From NCBI GenBank assembly GCA_030613025.1, contig JAUWMT010000008.1, positions 3,318-67,317 on the forward strand: a DNA stretch of 64,000 nt, in the 5' to 3' direction. The translations under genes and the position numbers were made by a program. The notes below the pieces were generated by a model. It made no database searches. It was not told where the DNA came from and saw nothing but the letters and a program-made list of their open reading frames with translations. Numbering within the stretch: the stretch's first letter is position 1; each line of letters begins with the position of its first letter. Below, in pieces: positions 47,074-56,462 of this stretch. The DNA comes from Candidatus Cloacimonadota bacterium (GTDB taxonomy: Bacteria > Cloacimonadota > Cloacimonadia > JGIOTU-2).

Positions 47074-49272
47074 ATGAAGCCAATTTATCTCGACTATAAT
47101 GCAACGACACCTCTCGCACCGGAAGTGGCGGAAGCAATGAAGCCATATCTGGAAAATTATTTTGGCAATCCGTCGAGCGCTCACTGGTACGGAGTGCAGA
47201 CAAAAAAGGCAGTTGAAAACGCACGCAGGCAGGTTGCGGAACTTATTAATGCAAATCCAGATGAGATCATTTTTACAAGCGGGGGTTCGGAATCCAATAA
47301 TTTTGCAATAAAGGGGATCGCCTTTGTAAAGAGATCGCAGGGAAACCATATCATTACTTCGTCTGTAGAACATCCTGCAGTTATCGAAGTATGCGAGTAT
47401 CTCAAAACACAGGGATTTGAAATAAGCTATCTGCCAGTTGACGAATACGGAATGGTCGATCCAAATGATGTAGAAAAGGCGATCACTCCGCAGACAATAC
47501 TTATCACAATAATGCATGCAAATAATGAAGTTGGCACTATTCAGCCAGTAAGAGAAATTGCTGAGATCGCACATGTTCATGATATTATTATGCATACTGA
47601 CGCAGCCCAGTCCACAGGAAAAATTCCTGTTCTAATTGATGAGCTTGGCGTTGATCTGCTTTCCATTGCCGGTCATAAACTGTATGGACCGAAAGGGATA
47701 GGTGCACTCTATATTCGAAGAGGAGTGAAACTACAAAAGATCATTCACGGCGCAGATCATGAACAAAATTTACGAGCCGGCACAGAAAATATTTTATGTG
47801 ATGTCGGTCTGGGAAAAGCATGCGAAATAGCAGGTCAAAATTTACAGAAAAATATACAGCACATGAAAGAAATGAGGGATCTGCTTCATAAAAAAATTGA
47901 AGCTTCGGGGCTTGATTTCAGATTGAACGGTCACCCTGAAAAAAGATTACCGAACACACTCAGTCTTTCCTTCAGAAATGTGGAAGCAAATACTGTTCTT
48001 TCCGAGCTAACAGAGGTTGCGGCATCAGCAGGCGCGGCATGTCATTCCGACCAGATCGATGTGTCTACTGTACTGGAAGCAATGAAAGTACCTCTAGAAT
48101 ATGCAATGGGGACGATACGTTTTTCCACCGGTCGATTTACTACGAAAGCAGAGATAGAACAAGCTGCAGATAAGATCATAAAAGTTATCAGTAAATTTCA
48201 GGATAAAAAAGTAGAAATACCTCAACAGGATGATGCTGAGATCAAGCTCACACATTTTACTCACGGCATGGGCTGTGCTTGCAAGATAGAACCGGCTCTG
48301 CTGGAGGAAATTCTAAAAAAACTTCCAATTCCTGACGATCCTGATATTTTGGTTGGCACACAAACGTCTGACGATGCTGCCGTTTACCGGATAAATGATG
48401 AAACTGCGCTTGTAGTTACGTTGGATTTTTTCACACCAATTGCTGACGATCCTTATGAATTTGGTGCTATTGCTGCAGCAAATGCGCTAAGTGATGTTTA
48501 TGCAATGGGTGCAACTCCTTTATTCGGATTGAACATTGTCGGATTTCCCTCAAACAGATTACCTATGTCCGTATTGGAAAAAATTCTAAATGGAGCACAG
48601 GATAAAGCTCGGGAAGCAGGTATTTTCGTAATCGGCGGTCATACGATCGAGGATACAGAGCCCAAATATGGAATGGTTGTAGTCGGGCAAGTTCAGCCAA
48701 AAAAGATCTGGAAGAATGTCGGGTTGCAGAAAGATGATGTGCTTATTTTCACCAAACCCATTGGAACGGGCATTCTTTCAACTGCATTAAAAAGAGGTTT
48801 ACTCGATGAAACGCAAAAGGACTTGTTGATCTCATCAATGACAGAATTGAATAAAAAAGCTGCAAATGTACTTCAAAATTATCCGGTTCATGCATGTACT
48901 GACGTAACAGGTTTCGGACTTCTCGGGCATCTTATGGAGATGGTGCAGGGTAGCAAAGTTGCTGTTGAGATCAAAGCTGACAATGTTCCCATTCTTGATG
49001 GTGCTCTTGAATTTGCAGCCGGCAACGTCATACCGGGTGGAACGCTGTCCAATATGAAATTTGTCGAGGATATTGTTGAGTGGAGTTCAAATATTTCTCA
49101 GATCCAGAAAATCATACTGTGCGATGCTCAGACATCAGGAGGTTTGCTCGCTGCAGTTCCGGAAAAGGAATCGCAAAAGGTGCTGAAGTCATTGCATGAT
49201 TCCGGAATCACTCATGCATGTATGATAGGAAAAGTCATAGGAAGTGGTTCTGAGCTCATCAAAGTAACCTGA
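47074..49272 (+). CDS. selD: Fusion protein: NifS/IscS-like cysteine (selenocysteine) desulfurase joined to selenophosphate synthetase SelD.
   Basis: N-terminal class-V aminotransferase domain ([37 protein letters not shown] with PLP-Lys, AGACHSD). C-terminal SelD domain (LTHFTHGMGCACKIEP matches SelD LTQYSHGAGCGCKISP; later DAAV...D..LVVTLDFFTP, GGHT). 732 aa. Confidence 0.85.
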   Translation: MKPIYLDYNATTPLAPEVAEAMKPYLENYFGNPSSAHWYGVQTKKAVENARRQVAELINANPDEIIFTSGGSESNNFAIKGIAFVKRSQGNHIITSSVEHPAVIEVCEYLKTQGFEISYLPVDEYGMVDPNDVEKAITPQTILITIMHANNEVGTIQPVREIAEIAHVHDIIMHTDAAQSTGKIPVLIDELGVDLLSIAGHKLYGPKGIGALYIRRGVKLQKIIHGADHEQNLRAGTENILCDVGLGKACEIAGQNLQKNIQHMKEMRDLLHKKIEASGLDFRLNGHPEKRLPNTLSLSFRNVEANTVLSELTEVAASAGAACHSDQIDVSTVLEAMKVPLEYAMGTIRFSTGRFTTKAEIEQAADKIIKVISKFQDKKVEIPQQDDAEIKLTHFTHGMGCACKIEPALLEEILKKLPIPDDPDILVGTQTSDDAAVYRINDETALVVTLDFFTPIADDPYEFGAIAAANALSDVYAMGATPLFGLNIVGFPSNRLPMSVLEKILNGAQDKAREAGIFVIGGHTIEDTEPKYGMVVVGQVQPKKIWKNVGLQKDDVLIFTKPIGTGILSTALKRGLLDETQKDLLISSMTELNKKAANVLQNYPVHACTDVTGFGLLGHLMEMVQGSKVAVEIKADNVPILDGALEFAAGNVIPGGTLSNMKFVEDIVEWSSNISQIQKIILCDAQTSGGLLAAVPEKESQKVLKSLHDSGITHACMIGKVIGSGSELIKVT

Positions 49273-49363
49273 TCCGTCGTAACATAAAAATTTCTAGATT
49301 ACACCTTTTTATTATGTGGAAACATATTGCATATTATTAGTTTGAGTAATTACGTTTTCATAT

Positions 49364-49394
49364 GCCCTCAATGAATAATTTTGAGGGCTTTTTT
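49364..49394 (+). terminator. Rho-independent terminator after nifS-selD.
   Basis: GCCCTCAA-tgaataatt-TTGAGGGC followed by TTTTTT. Confidence 0.8.
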
Positions 49395-49497
49395 ATCCCA
49401 ATAATTTTGAATAAGTTATTTATATTCTGTAATTTGTATAATATTTGACAAGGAAACACTGCCTTCCAATTTTTAAACAAAATTCATGCAGTTTTTC

Positions 49498-49523
49498 GCT
49501 GGTTCTCCCGACCAGCATTTTTT
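49498..49523 (+). terminator. Terminator-like hairpin plus T-run in the rimP leader; possible attenuator of the nusA-infB operon.
   Basis: GCTGGT-tctcccg-ACCAGC then TTTTTT, 19 nt before the rimP ATG. Confidence 0.5.
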
Positions 49524-49541
49524 ATATTTAGAAATGAGAGT

Positions 49542-50030
49542 ATGATCGATAAAAATGAACTAAAGAAAAGTATTGATCGCATCTGCGGTGAAACTGGTTT
49601 TCAGCTTTATGACTGGAAACTTAAACGGAGAAAAAACGCCCATAATCTGGTTGTTTATATTACAAAGCCAGGAGGTGTTTCCTTAGAAGATTGCGGGGTT
49701 TTCAGTAGAAAACTCGGTGATGAGATCGATATGAAGGATGTTATCGAAACTCGATATTATCTTGAGGTTTCTTCTCCGGGACTGGAGCGTCCGCTTTATA
49801 CACTCGATCATTTCCAGAGTGCAGTTGGCGAATTTGTGAAAGTTACTTTTCTCAAAGACGGAAAAATGCCCGAAACGATACGTGGAAAACTCTCTGATGT
49901 AAATGGACAGATGATCACCCTCGTAAGCGAAGATGACGAAGATAGATTGATCAATATATCTGCTGTACAAAAGGCAAAAACTGTGTTTGTATGGTCGAGC
50001 GCATCTTCATCAAAAAAGAAAAAGAAATAG
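49542..50030 (+). CDS. rimP: Ribosome maturation factor RimP.
   Basis: Fits the RimP pattern (...YLEVSSPGLERPL...). Conserved position upstream of nusA. Confidence 0.8.
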   Translation: MIDKNELKKSIDRICGETGFQLYDWKLKRRKNAHNLVVYITKPGGVSLEDCGVFSRKLGDEIDMKDVIETRYYLEVSSPGLERPLYTLDHFQSAVGEFVKVTFLKDGKMPETIRGKLSDVNGQMITLVSEDDEDRLINISAVQKAKTVFVWSSASSSKKKKK

Positions 50031-50038
50031 AGGTTATT

Positions 50039-51274
50039 ATGGCATTTAATTTGATTTCTATTATTGAAGAATTTTCCCGGCTGAAGCAGATCGACAGAAA
50101 AAAAATAGCTGAGATCATCATGGAGAGTCTGGAATCCACACTTCAAAAAAAACTTTCTGAGGAGACTGAATTTATAGTTGAGATGAATTTTGATGAAAAC
50201 GAAGTAGTGGCAAAATTCGATGCCGTAGTTGTTGAAGAATCCACAGGTTTCCTCGATGAAATAATACTTGAAGAAGCCAAAAAGATCAATCATGAAGCAG
50301 AGATCGGTGATATCATTCCTCTTGAAATGCCGGTGTCTGATTTTGGACGCAAGACAATACAGTCTGCACGTCAGGCAATAATAAATAGATTCAGAGAATC
50401 AGAAACCGAAAAGGTCAAAGTGGACTATGAAAAGCAAAAAGGGGAGATCATTTCCGGCGCTGTGAAAAAGGTTGAATATAATGGTTACATTATTGATATT
50501 GGTTTTACTGACGCACTTCTGCCAACTGAAGAACAGGTGGAAACAGAATTCTATAAAGCGGGTGATTTTCTGAAAGCTTATGTTGAAAGTATTCGTCAGT
50601 CAAAAAACGGTGTGCGTGTCATCCTTTCAAGAAAACGTCCGGAATTCATTATAAAACTTTTCGAAAACGAGATACCTGAAATAGCAGATAGTATTGTAAT
50701 GATTAAGAAAATCGTTCGGGAACCTGGTTTTAGAACAAAGGTTGCCGTTGCGAGTAATGATGAAAATGTCGATCCCTATGGAAGCTGTATCGGTACAAAA
50801 GGAATCCGTATTGAAGAGATACGTAAAGAGCTTCATGGCGAAAAGGTTGATGTTGTACTCTGGAGCGATAACTCCGAAGAATTCATAAGAAATGCTGTTG
50901 GTCCCGAACTTGTGAAGCGTGTCTATCTTGCTGATAAAGGACGATTTGCCCAGATTATCGTTAACGAAGATAATAAAAATATTGCGATTGGCAAAGGTGG
51001 CAAGAATATCAAACTTGCTGCAAAATTGACCAATTACAAACTCGATGTCCTTCTTGAAGAAGAATATGAAGAGATCGCAGCAAATGAACGCCGCATAACA
51101 AGTCCCATCTTCGATCTTGATGGAGTTGCTGAAAAGGTTGGTAATATCCTTCATGAAGCCGGATACACTTCGGTACAGGATATCCATCTTGCTTCAGTAA
51201 AAGAATTGACTCATATAGAAGGTGTGGGCGTAAAAACTGCGGAAAAGATCAAAGAATCTGCAAAATATTTTTAA
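50039..51274 (+). CDS. nusA: Transcription termination/antitermination factor NusA.
   Basis: N-terminal NusA pattern (LISIIEEFSRLKQIDRKKIAEIIMESLE), S1 domain, two KH domains (IGKGGKNIKLAAKLT). The track start at 49991 overlaps rimP; the ATG at 50039 was used. Confidence 0.9.
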   Translation: MAFNLISIIEEFSRLKQIDRKKIAEIIMESLESTLQKKLSEETEFIVEMNFDENEVVAKFDAVVVEESTGFLDEIILEEAKKINHEAEIGDIIPLEMPVSDFGRKTIQSARQAIINRFRESETEKVKVDYEKQKGEIISGAVKKVEYNGYIIDIGFTDALLPTEEQVETEFYKAGDFLKAYVESIRQSKNGVRVILSRKRPEFIIKLFENEIPEIADSIVMIKKIVREPGFRTKVAVASNDENVDPYGSCIGTKGIRIEEIRKELHGEKVDVVLWSDNSEEFIRNAVGPELVKRVYLADKGRFAQIIVNEDNKNIAIGKGGKNIKLAAKLTNYKLDVLLEEEYEEIAANERRITSPIFDLDGVAEKVGNILHEAGYTSVQDIHLASVKELTHIEGVGVKTAEKIKESAKYF

Positions 51275-51495
51275 TGCCGAATAAAGCTTCGAATAAAGGT
51301 CATATACCTGTTCGAACATGTGTGATATGCAAAGAAAAAGGTTCGAAGTACTCGATGCATAGGTTCGTGATACAGAAAGGTACCATCCTCTTTGATGAGA
51401 AAAATGTGCTCGATGGAAGAGGTTATTATTACTGTGATAAGGAAAAATGCAAAGCTTCGTTAGACTCATGGTTAAAGAAAGCAAAGAAAAAGTAG
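51274..51495 (+). CDS. YlxR-family (DUF448) RNA-binding protein.
   Basis: HIPVRTCVICKEKGSKYSMHRFV...GRGYYYC. Conserved position between nusA and infB. Confidence 0.8.
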   Translation: MPNKASNKGHIPVRTCVICKEKGSKYSMHRFVIQKGTILFDEKNVLDGRGYYYCDKEKCKASLDSWLKKAKKK

Positions 51496-51500
51496 CAAAC

Positions 51501-51779
51501 ATGCTTCGGCTTGCAAGGAAAGCAAAAGCCGTTGCAATTGGCAGGATCGCTGTTGAAAGGAGCATCAAAAAGGGTGAAACCTTGCTCATTTTTGCAGGTA
51601 AGAAGGAAAATAATTTCATGAGAAGACGAGCACAGGATTGCATATCAAAAGGGATTAAAATATCTCATCTTTTTGATGACAGTGAATTGAGCAATATTTT
51701 TGGACGGCAAAAATTGACCCTTGTGGCAGTAATTGACAAGAATTTCACAAAGGGCATAAATGAGATTTTAGAAAGTTAA
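51501..51779 (+). CDS. Ribosomal L7Ae-family protein (YlxQ-like).
   Basis: KAKAVAIGRIAVERSIKKGETLLIFAG... fits an L7Ae-like fold. The track start at 51447 overlaps ylxR; the ATG at 51501 was used. Confidence 0.65.
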   Translation: MLRLARKAKAVAIGRIAVERSIKKGETLLIFAGKKENNFMRRRAQDCISKGIKISHLFDDSELSNIFGRQKLTLVAVIDKNFTKGINEILES

Positions 51780-51788
51780 AGGATATAT

Positions 51789-54134
51789 ATGGATCAAATT
51801 AGAGTGTATGAGCTGGCTCGTGAACTCAAGATCTCTCCTCAGGCGCTTATCTCAATTTTGAGGACTCTGAAGGTGAAAGTTAAAAGCCACATGAGCTATA
51901 TCGAAGATGATACTGTTGCTCAAGTAAAGCAGATGTTTCAAGAACAGATGGACGCTGCAAAAGCACGACAGAAACTGAGAAAGAATTACCAGCAACAACA
52001 GCGACAGAAACGCCTTGAAAAACTGAAAAAAGAAGAAAAGAAGCAAACTCAAAAGAGAGAAGATAAAAAAGAAGAGAAGAAAGAGCCAGCTAAAAGACCT
52101 GAAAAACGCCAGGAAAAACCAAAATATCCTCCTAAAAAATACGTCCAAAAAGATAAAGAGAAACCGAGTACTGGAACTCCTAAAACTACTACTGCTAAAG
52201 ACAAAGACAAGCAAAAATCGAAATCATATAAAGATAAAAAACAGAAAATACTTGAAGAGAAGCAGAAGAGGTTCTTTGATCAGCAAAAGATCAAAGGCAA
52301 TATAAAAGCAACTCTTACACAAGATCCCAAACGCAAGAAATATAAAAAAGAAAAAACAGAAGTTGAAGAAGAAATTACAAAGATCGTTATCGGCGAATTT
52401 ACTTCAGTATCTGAACTCGCAAAGATCATGGATAAGAATCCAACTGCGATCGTTGCAAAGTTCATGGAACTGGGGAAGATGGTTACCATCAACCAACGTT
52501 TGGATAATGAATCTCTCATTATGATCTGCGATGAATTCAATTTTGATGTTGAGTTTGAAGATCAATATGGAAAAGAAATTCTTGAAGTTGATGTAGAAGA
52601 TGAAGACAAAGCTGAAGTCAAAGACCGCTCTCCTATCGTTGTCGTTATGGGTCATGTTGATCATGGTAAGACATCCATCTTGGACTATATCCGTGAAGCG
52701 AATGTTATCGCCGGCGAGGCAGGGGGCATCACACAACATATTGGAGCGTATCAAGTTGAGTTTAATGATAAAAAAATAACTTTTATTGATACTCCCGGTC
52801 ATGAAGCTTTTACTGCAATGCGTGCAAGAGGTGCTGAAGTCACTGACATCGCAGTTATTGTTATTGCTGCTGACGATGGAGTTATGCCCCAAACTATTGA
52901 AGCTATCGATCATGCAAAAGCTGCTGGAATTCCACTTATTGTTGCTATAAATAAGATTGATAAACCTACTGCTGATATCGAAAAAGTGAAGGTTCAACTC
53001 TCTCAGAAAAATATACGTCTTCAAGGATGGGGTGGTGATGTTGAATCTGTGGAATGTTCTGCAAAGACAGGTGTAGGTATCGAAGGACTGCTGGAAACAA
53101 TATTACTTGTTTCAGAAGTTGAAGAGCTTACAGCTCAATTTAATCAGAAAGCAGAAGGTACGGTTATTGAAACCAAACTCGATAAGGGCAAGGGGCCTCT
53201 TGCTACTGTACTGATACGAAATGGAGTTCTTAAACCGGGAGATATTATCATTTGCGGAGCTCAATACGGTCGTGTTCGACTTATGCTCGATGAAAGGAAA
53301 AATGAAGTTAAGGAATGCCCTCCATCCGGAGTTGTACAAGTACTTGGTTTGAACGGTGTTCCCAAAGCGGGTGATACTCTTAATGTAGTTGCTGATGAGC
53401 GCAAAGCAAAAGACATAACTTCAAAAAGGCAGCAGGTTATAAGACAGCGACAGATCGCTACAGGAAAGGGAGTTACACTCGACAATATATTTGATAAAAT
53501 TCAGGAAAGCGAGATCACTTCTCTCAATCTGATCGTAAAAGGTGATACTGACGGCTCAGTTGAAGCACTTTGTGATACACTTCAGAAAATACGTAATGAG
53601 GAAGTTGGCGTTAATGTGGTTCATCGTGCTGTAGGTGGTATTGTTGAGGCAGATATTGACCTTGCTACCGCCTCAAAAGCTATTATTATTGGATTCCATG
53701 TTCGCCCCAATGCAGAAGCCCGATCAGCTGCTGAAGTGAACCATGTGGATATACGGTTGTATGATATTATTTATGAAGCTATTGATGAAGTGAAGAAATC
53801 TCTTGAAGGATTGCTCTCCCCGATGGTCAGAGAAGAATATCTTGGAACTGCAGAGGTGAAAGAGATCTTTAAAATTTCCAAAATCGGCACCATTGCCGGA
53901 TGTATGCTCACAAAAGGAAAGATCACAAGTGATGCATTAGTAAGACTCTTCCATGATGATATCAAAGTCTATGAGGGGACTATTAAAAGTCTGAAGCGCT
54001 TCAAGAATGAAGTTAAAGAAGTAACCGAAGGGCAGGAGTGCGGAATTTCGATCGTTGATTTCAATGATATCAAGGTCGGTGACGTCATTGAAGCATTCAT
54101 AACGATCGAGGAAAAGAAAAAATTAGAATTATAA
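51789..54134 (+). CDS. infB: Translation initiation factor IF-2.
   Basis: Lys/Glu-rich N-terminus. G-domain motifs [29 protein letters not shown]-terminal beta-barrel domains. Confidence 0.95.
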   Translation: MDQIRVYELARELKISPQALISILRTLKVKVKSHMSYIEDDTVAQVKQMFQEQMDAAKARQKLRKNYQQQQRQKRLEKLKKEEKKQTQKREDKKEEKKEPAKRPEKRQEKPKYPPKKYVQKDKEKPSTGTPKTTTAKDKDKQKSKSYKDKKQKILEEKQKRFFDQQKIKGNIKATLTQDPKRKKYKKEKTEVEEEITKIVIGEFTSVSELAKIMDKNPTAIVAKFMELGKMVTINQRLDNESLIMICDEFNFDVEFEDQYGKEILEVDVEDEDKAEVKDRSPIVVVMGHVDHGKTSILDYIREANVIAGEAGGITQHIGAYQVEFNDKKITFIDTPGHEAFTAMRARGAEVTDIAVIVIAADDGVMPQTIEAIDHAKAAGIPLIVAINKIDKPTADIEKVKVQLSQKNIRLQGWGGDVESVECSAKTGVGIEGLLETILLVSEVEELTAQFNQKAEGTVIETKLDKGKGPLATVLIRNGVLKPGDIIICGAQYGRVRLMLDERKNEVKECPPSGVVQVLGLNGVPKAGDTLNVVADERKAKDITSKRQQVIRQRQIATGKGVTLDNIFDKIQESEITSLNLIVKGDTDGSVEALCDTLQKIRNEEVGVNVVHRAVGGIVEADIDLATASKAIIIGFHVRPNAEARSAAEVNHVDIRLYDIIYEAIDEVKKSLEGLLSPMVREEYLGTAEVKEIFKISKIGTIAGCMLTKGKITSDALVRLFHDDIKVYEGTIKSLKRFKNEVKEVTEGQECGISIVDFNDIKVGDVIEAFITIEEKKKLEL

Positions 54135-54137
54135 TTA

Positions 54138-54419
54138 ATGCCTGTAAAAAGCGTGCTTGTAAATTTGTATCTTCCTACATCCCATTCGCTTAAGAACAAA
54201 CGAAGTATCGTACAGAGTATTATCAAAAAACTAAAAAACCGTTATAATGCATCTGTTGCAGAGATCAGCGGACTGGATAAATGGCAGTATGCCGGTGTTG
54301 GTATCTCGATTATCTCAAACGATCCAATCATTATTGATAAGATCCATTCGGGGATCATAACTTTTATCGAGACTAACTACACCGATGTCCAGATAATAGG
54401 AATTCAGGATTACGAATAA
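54138..54419 (+). CDS. DUF503 (YlxP-like) protein.
   Basis: Small protein in the conserved infB-rbfA position. MPVKSVLVNLYLPTSHSLKNKRS is characteristic of DUF503. Confidence 0.7.
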   Translation: MPVKSVLVNLYLPTSHSLKNKRSIVQSIIKKLKNRYNASVAEISGLDKWQYAGVGISIISNDPIIIDKIHSGIITFIETNYTDVQIIGIQDYE

Positions 54420-54772
54420 TGCAGCAGCGTAGAATTGACCGGCTGAGTAAACTCCTCTTTCAATCAATTTCAAATATTGTGAGCTTTGAGCTTCGTGATA
54501 ATCGTCTGGAAGAGGTTAAAATTGACTATGTGATTGTTTCTCCTGACATGAGAGATGCAACAGTTTTCTTTTCTGTTTTTAATGATGAAAAAGAGATTTT
54601 GGCTTTAGCGGGTTTGAATAGTGCAAGCAAAGTGATCAGAAAAAAGCTCGCAGATATACTGGATCTGCGCTTCACGCCGAGATTGCATTTTAAATTCGAT
54701 AAACAGGAACATAAGGCGCAACATATCGAAGATACGATTGAGAAAGATAGAGAAAGAAATGAATCTGAATGA
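54419..54772 (+). CDS. rbfA: Ribosome-binding factor A.
   Basis: RbfA-like sequence (RIDRLSKLLFQSISNIV...VTVF...LRFTPRLHFKFD) and conserved position. Confidence 0.85.
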   Translation: MQQRRIDRLSKLLFQSISNIVSFELRDNRLEEVKIDYVIVSPDMRDATVFFSVFNDEKEILALAGLNSASKVIRKKLADILDLRFTPRLHFKFDKQEHKAQHIEDTIEKDRERNESE

Positions 54773-55733
54773 ATTCAAAGAAACCCTTTCAAAATTGATT
54801 GGAAGCCACGAAACTTTTATTCTTACCACTCATGAAAATTCTGATGGTGACGGTGTAGGCGCCGAATACGCACTTTATCTATACCTTGAAATGTTTGGGA
54901 AAAATGTTAGAATGATCAATAATGAAAAACCTTCATCACAATGTGAATTTCTTCATATTGGTAGCAAAGTTCACACCAGTATAGAAACTCTCGATAAAAA
55001 TGCTATTATTATCATGCTGGATTTCAACGAGATAAATAGAATTGGGAAAAGGTTAATTCCACTGCTTACATCGGGCAATCAGATTGTAAGGATCGATCAT
55101 CATAAGAAGCCGGAACCTATATCGATCTGCATTTCATATATTGATGATACAGCTTCTTCCACCTGCGAGCTTGTGTTCAATATTATTGAGGATGACCTTC
55201 CACATTTTCCTGAAGATGTGCAAAAAAAGATCGCACTTGCCCTTTACAGCGGCATTATCTTTGATACGAATAATTTTGCAAATAAGAATGTATCTCCCAG
55301 AACTTTTGAGGTGTGTGCTCATCTCAATGCTTATGGTGCTGATAATCATCTGGCGTATAAAAAGCTCTTTGAGAATAGAAAAACAAAAGAATTGCAGCTT
55401 CTCGGGCTTACTCTTAGTAGTATTGAAGAATTCCATAACGGAAAGGTCGTTATGTATTCGACAACTCAAAAAATGCTTCAGGATAGCGGTCTTCCGATCG
55501 AGGTTACAGAGGGTTTTTCTAAGGATGTCAAACCTACAAATGGAAGAGAGGTAGTAGTATATATTCGTGAAGCCGGCAAAGATATCTATCGAGTTTCTCT
55601 TCGTTCAAGCTATCGGAATGTCCAGAAGATCGCTGAATATTTTGATGGCGGGGGTCATGTTCTGGCATCGGGCTTTCGCGCAAAAATGAAATTAGCTGAC
55701 CTGAAATCTAAATTATTATCTCTGCTTAAATAA
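54759..55733 (+). CDS. nrnA: DHH-family phosphoesterase (NrnA-like bifunctional oligoribonuclease / pAp phosphatase).
   Basis: HENSDGDGVGAEYAL (DHH motif I), IDHH, and DHHA1-like C-terminus (GGGH...ASG). The track ORF starts at a TTG at 54738; the ATG at 54759 was used. Confidence 0.75.
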   Translation: MNLNEFKETLSKLIGSHETFILTTHENSDGDGVGAEYALYLYLEMFGKNVRMINNEKPSSQCEFLHIGSKVHTSIETLDKNAIIIMLDFNEINRIGKRLIPLLTSGNQIVRIDHHKKPEPISICISYIDDTASSTCELVFNIIEDDLPHFPEDVQKKIALALYSGIIFDTNNFANKNVSPRTFEVCAHLNAYGADNHLAYKKLFENRKTKELQLLGLTLSSIEEFHNGKVVMYSTTQKMLQDSGLPIEVTEGFSKDVKPTNGREVVVYIREAGKDIYRVSLRSSYRNVQKIAEYFDGGGHVLASGFRAKMKLADLKSKLLSLLK

Positions 55734-55742
55734 ATTTAAGTT

Positions 55743-56462
55743 ATGCAAGGTGTAATTTTTATTGATAAACCCGCTGGGATGACCTCTTTTGATGTGATCA
55801 AACGTTTGCGTGTTGTTACAGAAATTCGCAAGATAGGACATGCAGGTACATTGGATCCTTTTGCAACAGGTTTGTTAATAGTTTGTATCAGCAGGCAGGC
55901 AACGAAATATATTGATGAATTTACACAATTAGACAAAACATATACTGCGGTATTAAAGCTCGGCGAAAAAACGGACACCGCTGATATAGAAGGAAAGATT
56001 ATTGAAATTAAAGATGTACCGGATACTGTTGTCCAGAATATTGATAAAGTATTTTCTTCATTTTTAGGTGAAATAGACCAAGTTCCTCCTCAATTTTCAG
56101 CAATTAAGAAAAACGGAGTTCGGCTTTACAAAACTGCAAGAAAAGGGATTCAGGTTGAAGTTGAACCCAGGAAAGTTTTTATTCACACACTTTCATTCTT
56201 AAATTATCATAAACCTTATCTTAAATTCAGTTCAACTGTTTCAAAAGGCACTTATATTCGTTCCTTGGGTGAAGATATTGCTGCAAAGCTCGGCACTGTT
56301 GGGCATCTCACAGAATTGCGAAGAGATGCAATTGGTCCATTTTCTGTTGTCGATGCGCTAAGTTTGGAAGACATAACAGAAAGAGCTCTTGAAAATTCAA
56401 TAAAACCTATTGAAGAAATAATTGCATTGGTGCAGAAATACAAAAATGAAAGATATTCATAA
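55743..56462 (+). CDS. truB: tRNA pseudouridine(55) synthase.
   Basis: GVIFIDKPAGMTSFDV, GHAGTLDPFATGLL. Confidence 0.9.
   Translation: MQGVIFIDKPAGMTSFDVIKRLRVVTEIRKIGHAGTLDPFATGLLIVCISRQATKYIDEFTQLDKTYTAVLKLGEKTDTADIEGKIIEIKDVPDTVVQNIDKVFSSFLGEIDQVPPQFSAIKKNGVRLYKTARKGIQVEVEPRKVFIHTLSFLNYHKPYLKFSSTVSKGTYIRSLGEDIAAKLGTVGHLTELRRDAIGPFSVVDALSLEDITERALENSIKPIEEIIALVQKYKNERYS

Noticed and set aside
47053-47595. 180-aa minus-strand ORF overlapping the start of nifS-selD.
   Set aside because: Antisense to a strongly supported PLP-enzyme domain; Cys/His-rich low-complexity translation. Spurious.
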